NCBI GenBank assembly: GCA_050084985.1 | Contig: JBITNC010000001.1 | Coordinates: 64,170,001-64,234,000, forward strand | Length of the DNA stretch: 64,000 bases | Origin: Nageia nagi | Taxonomy: Eukaryota; Plantae; Pinophyta | Direction: 5' to 3' | Shown: positions 14,201 through 26,883 of the stretch, piece by piece | How the letters are laid out: every line of letters starts with the position of its first letter | How positions within the stretch are numbered: the first letter of the stretch is position 1 | Notes under the pieces: model-generated | What the model was told of the DNA's origin: nothing | What the model saw: the letters and a program-made list of their open reading frames with translations, nothing else | The model's database searches: none | Program-made: the position numbers and the translations under genes

Positions 14201-16449
14201 GTTGAGAAATGAACACCAAAAATTTTTATTAGGGTTGGTTATCCTAGGTTCTTGATCAATCTTGTCATGTGAGTGCTAAACTAGCAACATTATTAAACTC
14301 ATATGGGATCACCTGGTTCATTCCTAGATCATTTGAGTGTTAAACTAAATAAAACAAATTAGGTTTAAAATTTAGGATTTTGGTTGATGAGAATAAGTGG
14401 ATGTGTTATAATTACTTTTTGAAAACCTTCTAACTCTTATTGATCCATAAAGACTTTTTTTATGAAATATTCTTTTTCATTACCATATTATTTTTTAAAA
14501 TAAGATTTATTAACTAAATCTCTAATTTGTTTAGTTGCATCTTTCTCCTTTTTAGGTTATATCATACTTTGCTTTCCTTTATCCACTAAGTTGACTTGTG
14601 AAGTATCTTTATCTGATTAATATCTTTTCTCATTTGATAGAGGTTTCTAGTTATTTTTGCATATAATAATCTTAGTAAAATAATGTGGTATAGAACAATA
14701 ACCATCTAGCTATCAATTATTATAAACTACCCTATTGATGCCCTTACTACAAGGAGGGACATGATCGATACCATTATTTTGTATTGATTTAACTAAAATA
14801 AGAGATGATTATGTATTATCATATTCAAATAGAGAATTTAAAATATCTAATCTTGTCTATTGTATTGGTTCTATAGATTCTTGGCACACACTAATTATTC
14901 CTTTTCTTTGAAAAATATTTAGATTTGTTTAATATATCATTAGATCTGGAATAAAAATTTCAATTCTTTGAGTGTGATCTAATAACATCATTTCCCTTAC
15001 TAATACTATATTTGGTGAGATAATAGCCAAATATATATCAGGTTATTATGGGATCATTTATGTTTCTATATTTGCACTAGTATCTTCTTGTTCATTTCTT
15101 AATGCAAGTCTATGAGGTGTTTTTTACACTATGATCATCTACTTGGTCTAGTTGACTAATTTTTAGAATTGTCATTACTTTTATTGCTTTCCTTATTTGA
15201 TTCATTTTCTTGTTTAGACCCATTATATTATTCTTCATCAATCATTATTTTAATATTTGGATCATATTAATCCTCTTCTATTAGTTGTACAATTGGTTTG
15301 TCTATTTTATCTTGTTGTATTGGTTCTTGTTATTTGATTTGTTCTTATTGATCTATTGTTACATCATTATCATTTTTCTTTAAACATTTTCTTATAAATT
15401 CAACTTGAAATTTACTTCTAGATTTAATATTTTTAGCTTATTCTTCCTAAGGTAATTTTCATTAGGCATAAATGCAAAACATACCTATATGCATCCCATT
15501 TTTTCTTAATTAAGATATTTCTAATTATAGGAAGTATGAGGAACAATAATTTAAATAGATTCATGACTAAATCGAGGGTTTAAACTCCACAAAAGAAATG
15601 AAAATTTGACACAAACCTAGGGTTTCCAATAAATAAATTTGAGTTCATAAAATGTAGATAATAAATAATAATTTAAAACAATTAAGTATTATTTATAAAG
15701 GAGGTGCAATAAGCATCAAAGATTTTAAGTCCTATATATAATAAAAAATATGTGCACCTAAAATGGAATTGTAATAATCCTCAATATATGGCATGATGTA
15801 GGGTGGATTGGATCAGATTTGTGATAAGCATTATCATGATATTCAATTCTCAAAAATATGTTGGATTGTACTTAGATCTTTTGTTATGTTTACCTAAGAA
15901 GGATGACATCAATATTCCACAATAATAAGAAGATAATGATAAACTTAAGATATTTATAGATATAATCATGATTAATGATAATTGATATTTTTTAATACAT
16001 GATTAGCAATTATTAGCGTATTAGCCTTGATATTCACACATTATTTAAACATTATCTTATAGAGAGACACTAAATATGACTTTGATAAATAGAAAAAATA
16101 TTTCATGGCTATAGAATATATTACAAGAGTTTAAAGTTAAGTTACAAGTTAGTTTACATGAAACATCAAGTGTTAGGATAAAACAAAATAAATAAACTAT
16201 AGATCTAAAGCCTTGAAGTGACCTCATAGGATTTGTAACTTTTAAATCTGCAAAATTCCCTAGGAATAGGATTGTAGACAATCCTATAACAAGCCTACAT
16301 AACACCAAATATTTTGATATTTGGAGTATTTTCATAGTTGGTAAGTTGAAATGTAATCATACTTTAATTTTTAGGGATTTTATGATTTTTATTTTAGGTA
16401 TTTCATGTATATTTAGAGCGATTCTTTCATTTTTTGTCATTAATACATG

Positions 16450-16990
16450 ATTAGGATTTTGATCTTATTCAAGCTTAATCCCAACCCTTTAAAAATCTAG
16501 GAGAAACATTAATCCCTAAAAACCATTAATTTTTTTAGTTATCTTCGAGAGAGTTTAGATGATGTTAACAAGAGGGTTAGATCATCCAAACTAGGTGCAT
16601 AAATATTATTAAAATAGGAATCTCAAATAACAATTTGACATTAAGGGAAATAAACTTCTTTTTGTAATGGATAATCTTTATTGCATGGCTGTTATCAAAT
16701 AAATGGTGAAGTTAAATCTTCCCCAACCAATGCATGTGTTTGTTGATCATATGGTACAAATGCAAATTTTGAGAACTATAGAGCCTCGTGTCAATAAGAA
16801 GCCATGGATTTTCATAACATATCTTGCTAGAATTTAGTATAGTCTTACATAAATTTTTGAGTTTATATGGAGAGTGGTGGAAGTTATAAAGATTTAACAA
16901 ATGAGAATTCTATGGCTCAGTATTGCAATGAAAAGAAGTTGCCCTTAGAGGGTAGATGTGAAACTATAATTGGGGGATTTTGCAATGGTG
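16450..16990 (+). pseudogene. Possible plant mobile domain (PMD)-like remnant; likely the host sequence into which the two Gypsy elements inserted
   Basis: Fragments FDIKGNKLLFVMDNLYCM..NGEV and TIIGGF followed by GTGAG loosely fit PMD motifs. Heavily decayed. Confidence 0.3.
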
Positions 16991-17251
16991 AGTAAGGTGT
17001 TATTTGTTATCATCATATTAAATTTATCATGCACATGAACAAGGAACATGCTAAAAGTAGGTATGTACCTATATATTTTAGTTACATCTCATAACATTAT
17101 TTTATAGGATTAAAACCATTTACCTATAGCCTTCATGTGATTCTAGAATATATTAAAGTGGAAGTAATGGAGTGGTACGTAAAATAGCAATTGAATATAT
17201 TAGAGTTCAGAATTGATTTTTTCGAATAACAACAAATATAATTATGGTGCA

Positions 17252-18733
17252 TGTAATGTCCCCATTTTTTTAGGTATTTTCCCCATTTCACCTCTGATAA
17301 ATGGGAATATTAATTTTTGTTTAATTTGACCAAAATGATGTGAATTCCACTTAGAGACTTAATAAAGCTCTAATTATGGAATAAATGACCCTTTTATTTA
17401 TTAATTTTAATTTATTTATTTGCCAAAAATGCCAATAAATATTTTATTTGTGATACCAAGATAATTATAATTGTAAATGCAATATTAATCTCATTAAATG
17501 AGGCATTGCATATTGTAGCCTTGATGATTATAATATTGGCATTAAATGTATCTCTAGTCATTAGTGCTACCCTCTTCAAGGTAGAGCATCACCCTAGGTT
17601 ATTGCATTGACTACAACATCATTAAGAGCTCCAAGGATGGATGTGGCACTTTGAACTAGGTGTTAGCAATCTCGAGGCAAGTAGATGATCCTAGAACATC
17701 AATGTTGGGCATGGGAGCATCCCAAGATCCCATGTTGGCCTTCCTAGCTACATGGACTGATGGTACTAATCATAAGGCATTTCAGCATCACCCCCTCTTA
17801 AATGTTGGCATTCCTAGTCCTTTAATGTGATTTCATTTATCTAAAGGCTCCCCATATTGGACATTGCATACATGAGCACATGGATCATATCTCTCCACTA
17901 TTGGATCATCTCAATTCAATATTAGAAGATGATCACCCTCACTTATAAAAGGAGGACTCATAGTCTTTATAAGATATACTGAATTTTATATTTTAGATTG
18001 AGTGGAGACTTTATATTTGCCACTTATGGGGAAACCTACATTTGAGGTATTGAGGGGATAGGAGGCTACCCTTGAACTTGCTCTAGTCATCTTAAGAGGA
18101 ACGTTGCTAGTTCCATCATAGTTGCTATAGAGAAGACCTCATCTTGCCTTATTGCTTATAGGATTGGTGAGATCTTGGAGCTATTCAAAATAACCCTATA
18201 AGAGATAGTCCTAGTACAAACTCTATAGGTTGACAAAAATATTATAATTATGCTCTATAATTGCTTTATCAATATAATTACTTTCTATTCTCAAAATATT
18301 GCTATTTGTCTCTCTATGCTTGGATGTTGGAATTGGAATTATTATTATATTTTGGCATTGCTATTTTTCCTTCTTGGTTGCAATGTTGGATTTGGAGTGT
18401 GTTTTTCATTGCTTAATATCTATTTGGGCTCTCCAATTAGGAGGTTGGGTTTGTGAAGCACTTTCATATTACTGAAGTAAAAAGTTTCCTCTTACTCAAG
18501 TCATTGGAATACTAGATATATTTTCTTCCATTTATTTCATAATTGCTCATCATAACTAGATGTTGGGGTTTGAAGGTATTTTCTACAAGTTTAACTTCAT
18601 ATCTTCCATTCCTAGTAAGTCATTGGATATTTGGTACATGTTTAATCTTGTTTTGTTCAATTTGGAAGCTTGAAGTCAAATTTACCTCTCTTAGGACATG
18701 TTTGAGAAGTGAACCCTAGAACGAATAATCATA
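17252..18733 (+). repeat. 5' LTR (~1.48 kb)
   Basis: Begins tgtaatgtcccc, ends atcata; collinear with 24151-25661. Confidence 0.92.
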
Positions 18734-19329
18734 GTGGTATCAGAGCCTTGATTTTGCCATCTTATTGGGAATCAAGGGCATTATACATGGAGGGTTTTGA
18801 GTTAAAGCTGAAGAAAGATTAAAGATTAAGGTACCCACATCACAGTGGTATCATATATGGGAGATTTGTTGAAGTGAAGTTGGAGATCTTGCCCTTACTA
18901 TTGGGTAAGAGTTGAGGAGTTATTGCTAAATGTGATTGTTGGAGGAGTTGGAGAAGTTGAAGAAGACTTATTATGATAATATGTTGGATCATAATACTCA
19001 TATTGCTATTCATGAAGAATTCATGTTGTCCTATTGAGGAGTGGAGTTGACCTAGCATCATAATGGTCATTTTGAAGGAGTTTTGAAAAGAATTGGATGC
19101 TTGGAGAAAGTCATTAAGGAACTTGGAGTCCTATCTCATCCTTTTGCCAAATTATTTGACATCTCTTAGCTCTAATTTTGAATTTTGAAGCTTTGAGGAG
19201 TTTCATCTAGCTTGAAAAGGTACATTTTTTAATTTTTTGTATCTTTTATTTCAAGTTGAAGTTCATTCTTGATTTGCTTTTGAGTTTGAGGGAGGAATAA
19301 GGGTGTGTTTTGGAGATTCTTAACTCATC

Positions 19330-20170
19330 TAGAGGTAGATGTTGCCATTTTGGGCCAACTTGAAGGAAATATTGGTGTTATGGGAGCTATTTTATAGCTC
19401 ATTTAGTGTTTTGAGGGTTGTATAGGGAGGATGCTATTATTCTAAGCACATTTTGGTGCATAAAGCTACATTTCATCACCACCCAAATTTAGGTGTTGCT
19501 TTTCTAAAAGGAGTTTTTTACATGAAGTTGCATTTTGGGACCATTTGAGGCTAAACATTGCATTTTTGGGTCATTAGAGATTGGACATTGCATCATTAAG
19601 TGCATTTTTGAGCTTAACTCTGCATTTTGAGCTCCATGGAAGGTAGTCATTGGTGATTTTGAGTATTTTTTAGAGGTTGGTTTTGCATTTTGAGCCCACT
19701 TAAAGGAGGACATTATCCAATTAGGAGAATTTTAAGACTTTTATTATGTTTCAAGGCAATTTCTAGGTGGATGTTGATACTTTAGAGGAATTTTAAGGTC
19801 TATCTTACTTTTTGAGACCACTTGAAGCTAAATGTTGGCCATATTAAGCTATTTTAAAGGACTTTCTGCATTTTGAGGGTCCCCTAATCCATACATTAGC
19901 AATTTGAGAGCATACTTTTAGATTAATTTGTATTTCAGAGTTATCTTGAAGTGGAAATTGACAATTGAGTAGGATTCTTGATCTTGAGCTACATTTTGGG
20001 ATCATTTTGAGGCAATCGTGGCAAAGTAAGGCATATTTTAGAGTTAGTTTGGCTTTTTGAAGATATTTTGGGTCAAATGTTGGGATTAGGAAGAGTTTTT
20101 GGATTCTTTGTTCCATTTCAGAGTCATTAGAGGCCAAAAATTAAGCTATTAGAAGGTTTTTTGAAACCCT
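19330..20170. repeat. Degenerate tandem/low-complexity repeat region inside the LTR element
   Basis: Recurrent variants of ttgcattttg(g/a)g(c/a)cca(t/c)ttgagg. The minus-strand ORFs 19504..19713 and 19844..20137 arise from it. Confidence 0.5.
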
Positions 20171-22199
20171 TGCTAAATTTTAGAGACAAATGAAATGGGA
20201 TACTAACTTTCTAAGGCTAATTGGGTGTCTGAGCTACATCACAAGTATCATTACTTATAAGTATCAACTCATTTTCATTATGGAAGATAAATATTGATAA
20301 TTTTGTAGGGTCTCTAGATATACTAACCATTATTTTTTGGAAAATTTAGAGCAACAAGTTTCTATAAGGAGGTTTTTGGAAAATAGGAGAGTTAATTTGA
20401 TGATATTGAATAAATTTCATGATGGTATCTATACCAAGGAAGCTTGAGGAGGATATGTTGAAGTTATTTTGTTGTTGCAATCAAAATTTAAGGTTAGAAG
20501 TGAGATGTTGGGAGTGTAGGAAGCTCTATTTGCTATGAGCTTGTAAAATTCATCTCTTGAAGGTGAATGATTAGTATCTTGGCCAAATTTAGAAATTTGG
20601 AATTAATTTGGCATTATTCAGTTTATGCATGTGGATGTTGAGCTTCAATAGGACACATTTCAAATCAAAGTTGTTCTTTGGGCCCATAACCCATAAGTTC
20701 AAGATTTTCTTAGCTCATCCCATAATGATAGGACTAAAATTCTAGGTTTGAGTAATTTGAGTATTTCATATTTAATTATTTTTGAGTAGGGAAAATAAGG
20801 AGAAAAGATAAAAAATATTTTGTTTTGTTTTAGGAGTAATAAGTAGATAAAGGCACAAATAGTTGTTGCTTGGAAAAAGATCAAAATATTTTATGGTTAC
20901 TAAAAGTTTTATTTTGACAAGTGAGAGCTACGTAAGAGTATGCCCTACTTAGCACCATGGCTAGTTGGAGAAAGGAAGCAAATTGAAAGCTAGAAAAGGT
21001 GCTAGATTTATGCACCCATGTGATTTCTAGTACAAGGAAAGAGCCACCCAAGATACAAATGATTATAAGTGATAAGGAAAATAAACTATATGAGCAATTA
21101 AAGTGATACAAAAACTACAAGAAAGTAGTATATTTCATAATATTTGTGGATATCACAAGATAGGTCGATTTGATGGAGATGGTGTCATGGGAACACAAGG
21201 AGAGGAAAATATCAAAACCATAGGAGATTTTTTATTATACCAAAGCAAAAGAGATAACTTTTCCCATCTCATATTTTCATCCAAAGAGGAAGGGAGAAGA
21301 ATTATCTATTTTAACCAAGTAGGGTGACATGGATCCAACTGAGTGGAAACACAATCTCATGGTCACCCAGCTAAAAGAATGAGAGGGAATGACTCAATTA
21401 AACCATGCTCTTATGCTACTAGAAAAATTAGAATATTTTGAGGGAAAGCTCTCTTATCCAGATCTACAATGGAAGTTTTTCATAGCATCAGAGAACTATC
21501 ATTAAACATGGTTAACGATAGGATGTATTTGGGATAAGTCATTAATTGAATGGAAAAAAAAGAAAATAAGTATAGAAGTAGGTTATGACTGCATACAAGA
21601 AGGCTCCCCAAGGTACACATGAAGCATCTCCCTACCAAGTGGAGGAGACACCAATAGGTTATAAAGAAGTCACAAGTCATCATGATGAGGAGCCAAAATA
21701 AACCATCAATTCTTAATTTGACATTTATGAGTATATCAACACCTCAACATAAATCAAATGGATAAGAGGAATTATCAAGATACTCTATGCTAATGGTTAA
21801 GGGGAGAGAATTTAAGATATGAGAGCATGTGTATGTTAGCATACAACCATACATGATGTCACCCAACAACTAAAGGAGGATTGACAAGAATGTTGTATAC
21901 TAGTATGGATCATTTGAAATCTTGAAGATTATAGGGGAGAATCACTATGAGCTTCAATCAGGGTTATGTGTAAGGAATTTTGGCAAACTAAAATAAATAA
22001 AATAGTGGCAAATAGATTTCAAAATCTTCATGATTCAATCCCAAACTACTAGAGAATTAATGGTAATATTTTAAATTTTTAAGAACTATGATGTAAAAAA
22101 ATGGTGATATTTTTAATATATATATTTGTAAGAGGAGAAGATGAATATGCTCAACTTGTGACTAAAGATGCTTGACTTGTTATTGAAATTACAGGTTTA

Positions 22200-22945
22200 T
22201 CAAACTTAATTTTAATAATATAGACCAAATATAACCTTTAAATGATGAAATAAATTCACCATTAGATAGATCTCAACAAGTACATGCAAAAAAAATGGTC
22301 ACATGACCCACTTTGGATCAAAATTAAGCTTTAGAAGATGCTCAACATCTTGCCTTTAAAGATGTGCATCTGCTTTGCCAATGAAGACATGCATCTTCTA
22401 GAACTCAATTTTGATCCAAAGGGGGTCGTGTGACTACTCATTGTGCATGTACTCAATGACATATATCCAATGGTGAAGTTATTTTATCATTTAGAGATCA
22501 TATTTGGTCTAAATTAATAACACTAAATTTAGTATATTCATGAAGTTATAGGTTGCTCAAACTTAATTTTAGTAATTCAAATCAAATATAATATCTAAAT
22601 GATAAAATAACTTCACCATTAGATAGATATTATCAAGTACATGCAAAATGAGTGGTCACATGATCCCCTTTGGATCAAAATTTTCCTTTAGAATATGGAC
22701 AATATCTTACCTCTAAAGATGCACATCTTCATAAACTTATGAAGATGTGCATCTTCATTATCAAACGAGACATGCATATTTAGAGGCAAGATGTCAAGCA
22801 TCTTCTAGAGCTCAATTTTGATCCAAAGGAGATCGTGTGACCACTCATTTCTCATGTACTCAATGAGATCTATCCAATGGTAAAGTTATTTCATCATTTA
22901 GAGATCATGTTTGGTCTAAATTAATAAATATAAAATTATTCTATT
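22200..22945. repeat. Two adjacent long palindromes (A-A'-A-A')
   Basis: 22200-22340 pairs with ~22393-22535, and 22558-22730 pairs with ~22770-22940 (e.g. tttggatcaaaatt / aattttgatccaaa). The two hairpins are homologous to each other. Confidence 0.85.
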
Positions 22946-22949
22946 CATG

Positions 22950-23355
22950 AAAAGCATCTATAAGGAGAAGTCAAGTATCCATAAGGAGAAGTCAAGCATT
23001 TGTAGGGAGAAGTTGAGCATCTGTAAGGAGAAGTCAAGCATCTGTAAGGAGATGTTGAGCATATGTAGGGAGAAGTTAAGCATTTGCACGGAGAAGTCAA
23101 GCATTTAGAAGGAGAAGTTGAGCATCTATAGGGAGAAGTCAAGTGTTTGTAGGGAGAAGTTGAGTGTATGGAAGGAGAAGTAGAGAATCTACAATGAGAA
23201 GTTAAGCATATATAGGGAGAATTCAAGCATTTGCAAGGAGAAGTTGAGCATCTATAGGAAGAGGTTAAGCATCTATAGAGAGAAGTTGAGCATCCATAGG
23301 GAGAAGTTGAGCATCCGTAGGAGAAGTTGAGCATGTGTAATAAAAAGTCAAGAAT
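22950..23355. repeat. 21-bp minisatellite, ~19 copies
   Basis: Unit approximately ggagaagt(c/t)(a/g)agcatctgta(a/g). Confidence 0.95.
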
Positions 23356-24150
23356 CTATAATGGATCAATCAAGCATCAAGGATATTTTAGATCCATATT
23401 TTTTTCCTTGGAGGATCTGGTACTAGGTGGTGATTTGCTAGAGTAAAATAAAAAAATTATAAAATATAGGTGACTAGGTTTGAATTTGATGGAGCTATAC
23501 TTGGCTAATTTATATAAAATATGTATCAAAGATATAAAATTTTGGCTAGCCAACTAAGAAAAAAATAAACCTGGCAAAATTAGGCTACTAACGCTTGGGC
23601 TAATGGGCCTAAAAATAACAAATTAAAAAGTTAAAAATTATGATTTTGCTATAAATCATTGCTATGCATTTAATGAGCTTTAATTACCTTCCAAAATTAA
23701 GCTGAATAGTGTCTTCCATGAATCATATTGAAGGGACTCACTAGAACTAGATATATAACCTTTGATAGAATTACTCTCAATTGATAGCAAAGGGAACTTA
23801 GTATGTGGATTCCTGAGAAAGTATTGGAAGCCCATAAGAAATAACTTAGGGACCAAGTTGCTAATTAGGTACATGTTAAATGGAAAGGTCTACTATTAGA
23901 AGAGGCAACTTGGGAATGTCCCAACATCTTCACCAAATGAAGGGACATGGGAAGAATCTCCAAAGAGGTATTTACTAGTATACTTGAAGATTTTAAAAGA
24001 AGTCAACTAGGGACAACCAAAAGAGAAAGATAAAGGTTATTGATCCTTGGACCTACAATGAAAAAGAAAAAGAGGAGGATTGAGAGGACCTTACTATAGT
24101 TGCAGATGTTTTGAATTGCTTGGGGATAAGCAATTTGGGGAGGGAAAACT

Positions 24151-25661
24151 TGTAATGTCCCCATTTTTTAGGTGTTTTACCCATTTCACCTCTAATAAAT
24201 AGGAACATTAATTTTAGAGTGTTTTAGGCTATTTTTGTATAATTTAGTCAAATAAATGTAAATTCCATTAAGAGTCTTAATAAATCTCTAAGTATGGAAT
24301 AAATGTTCCTTTTTTTTATTTATTTTTATTTAGTAATTTTTCAAAATATTAATAAATGTTGTATTTATGATACCAAGACAATTATAATTGTAAATGCAAT
24401 ATTAGTATCATTAAACAAGGTGTTGCATATTTTAGCCTTGATGATTGTAATATTGGAATTAAATGGATCTCTAGTCATTAGTGCTTTCCTCTTCAAGGTA
24501 GAACATTCCCCTAGGTGATTGCACCAACTATGAGATCATTTAGGGCTCCAAGGATGGATGTGGCAATTTGAACAAGGCATTGACCATCTCAAGGTAAGTA
24601 GATAGTCCTAAAGCATGGAAATTGGGTATGGGAGCATTCCAAGACCCCACATTGGCCTTTACAGGAATAGGGACCAATGAAACTAATCATGAGGATCTCC
24701 AACATCACCCCATCTTAGACATTATCATTCTTGGACATTGGATGTGATTTCACTTATGCCAAGGCTCCCCATATTGGAAATTGTATACATGAGCACATAG
24801 ATCACATCTCTCCACTGTTGGATCATTTTAATGCAAGATTAGAAGATGATCACCCTCACCTATAAAAGGAGGATTCATAGCCTTAATTATATATGCTAAA
24901 TTTGATATTAAACCTTTTATTTTAGATTGAGTGGATACTCTATCTTTTCCACTTATGGGGAAACTTGCATTTGAGGTATCAAGGGGATAGGAGGCTACCC
25001 TTGTAAGTACTCTAGCTATCTTAAGAGGAATGATATTGGTTCCATCATAGTTGCTATAGAGGATACCTGGTCTTACCTCACAACTTCTAGAATATGTAAG
25101 GCCCTGGAACCATCCTAAATAACCTTATAGGAGATAGTCCTAGTACAAACTCTATAGGTTAAAAAAAATATTATAATTGCACTTTATAATTACTTTATCA
25201 ATACAATTACTTTATGTTGTCTAAATATTGCTATTTATCTCTCTATGCTTGGACATTGAATTTGGAAGCATTATTACATTATTACATTGTTATTTTTCCT
25301 TCCTAGTTGCAATGTTAGATCTAGAGTGTCTTTTCATTGCTTGATATCTGTTTGGCTCTCCAACTAGGATGTTGAGTTTATGGAGCATTTTTGCATCACT
25401 AAAGTAACATTTTTCCTCCTTATCAACTTGTTGGAATACTAGATATATTTTCTTGCATTTATTTTGTAATTGCTCATCATAACCAAATGTTGGAATTTGA
25501 AGTTATTTTCTGCAAGTTTAACTTTGTATCTTCCATTCCTAGCAAGTTGTTAGATTTTTGGTGCATGTTTGAGCTTTTTTTTATCTAGTTTGGAAGCTTG
25601 AAGTTAAACATCCCTCCCATAGGGCATGTTTGAGGAGTGATACCTAGAATGACTCATCATA
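24151..25661 (+). repeat. 3' LTR (~1.51 kb)
   Basis: tgtaatgtcccc...catcata, followed by TSD gtgca. Confidence 0.92.
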
Positions 25662-26299
25662 GTGCACATAATGGTTAGAGTGTATTATTAGCAATTTATT
25701 TTTATTTATCAAGTTATACATGCAATTTCTTATTTGTAACCTCGAATTATGTTTACATAGGGTTTGGAATTAATTGTAGATCCTTAATTTGAAGGTAGAT
25801 TTTTCCCATTTAAGATCGAATTTCAAATGAAAGAGATTATACATGGGTTTTGTTAGGATCCTATATCATAACATTTATGTATTCTATTAGCAGTTTATTT
25901 AGATATTTTAATTATTGACTTGTAAGATGGATCAACATATTTTTGTAATATGGATCATCATTTTGTAATGAACCTCCAATTAGAGTTAGGAAAGCATAAC
26001 TATAAATATGTGTAAGAGGTAAAGAGAGATCATCTTGAAAAATATATTTTCTTTTGAATTGTAAGGAAGTAGTCCCCTCAAAGTAGAATGTGAATCATTT
26101 GGATATTAGTAAAGTTATTTTATTATGCTATTTTGTTTCACATTGCTTGAGTTATATGATTTTTTACATTTCAAATCCATTTCAATTTCATGTATTATTG
26201 TTATTTTGGCTAAAATATTGTTTTAGATCTTATGGGTTCCTAATATCTAGTATAAGAACTTCAATTTTGGCTACTCATGGATAGATTTTAAGAAGCTAG

Positions 26300-26510
26300 A
26301 TTGAGTTGAAGACCAAGGTTTTATCCATTTTCCATCTAGAACTCTATCAATTTTTTTCTAGATTTGAAAGACTCCTTTTGGTCAGATCAAGTTGAAGCCC
26401 TATATTTTATCCGTTTCTAGCCAAAACTCTATAAATCTTTTTCCTAATTTAAAGGAATCCTTTTGGTATGATCGAGTTGAAGACCTAGATTTTATCCATT
26501 TTATAGCTAA
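26300..26510 (+). repeat. ~86-bp tandem repeat (about 2.4 copies) in the element's 5' UTR
   Basis: gttgaag(a/c)c...ttttatcc recurs at ~26305, 26391 and 26476. Confidence 0.7.
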
Positions 26511-26883
26511 AAATTTGTGAAAAATTTTCAAGAAATTTATGCCCTAAATTTTATCCCTTTTTGAAGCCCTTTATTTTATGCATCAAATTAATAGTTTCCA
26601 AAATATGTAAAAACTTCTCAAGCCGATATCTTCCAAACTATGAAGAATTAGCCAAATATGAGAGTGACTACTTGATACCTTTGGTAATAATCATTTAGAA
26701 AAAATTAGTCCAAATATTCAAAAATCATGATTTAGATACCTATCCCATTGTGCTTATTTTTCCATTTTGGTCATTTTGATATATAGCATGCATACACTCT
26801 TTCAATTTCTAAAAATATTAGTTTCTGAAAATAGTAAAATGCTTGATAGAAGATGATATCAAGACTATGAATAATTATCCAAC

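Larger units (their letters stand above)
21959..23672. mobile_element. 1.7-kb non-coding insertion (DNA-transposon/fold-back-like) interrupting integrase
   Basis: Flanked by atgagcttcaat (21947-21958) and atgagctttaat (23673-23684). Removing it restores YELQLPSKIKLNSVFH. Confidence 0.75.
17252..25661 (+). mobile_element. LTR retrotransposon, Ty3/Gypsy chromovirus-derived, apparently non-autonomous (no RT/RNase H recognised)
   Basis: LTRs at 17252-18733 and 24151-25661. Perfect 5-bp TSD gtgca (17247-17251; 25662-25666). PBS tggtatcagagc (tRNA-Met) at 18735-18746. PPT ggggagggaaaac before 24151. Integrase C-terminus and chromodomain remnants at 21820-21958 and 23684-23920. Confidence 0.92.

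Noticed and set aside
13000-14350. Possible retrotransposon leader or LTR sequence
   Set aside because: It looks TE-derived, but no protein motif, PBS, PPT or repeat partner in the window supports a call.
22945-23334. 129-aa ORF with SPY(R/K)C repeats resembling a Pol II CTD-like or extensin-like heptad protein
   Set aside because: It is the translation of a 21-bp minisatellite (7 codons, stop-free by chance) inside a TE insertion, with no gene context.
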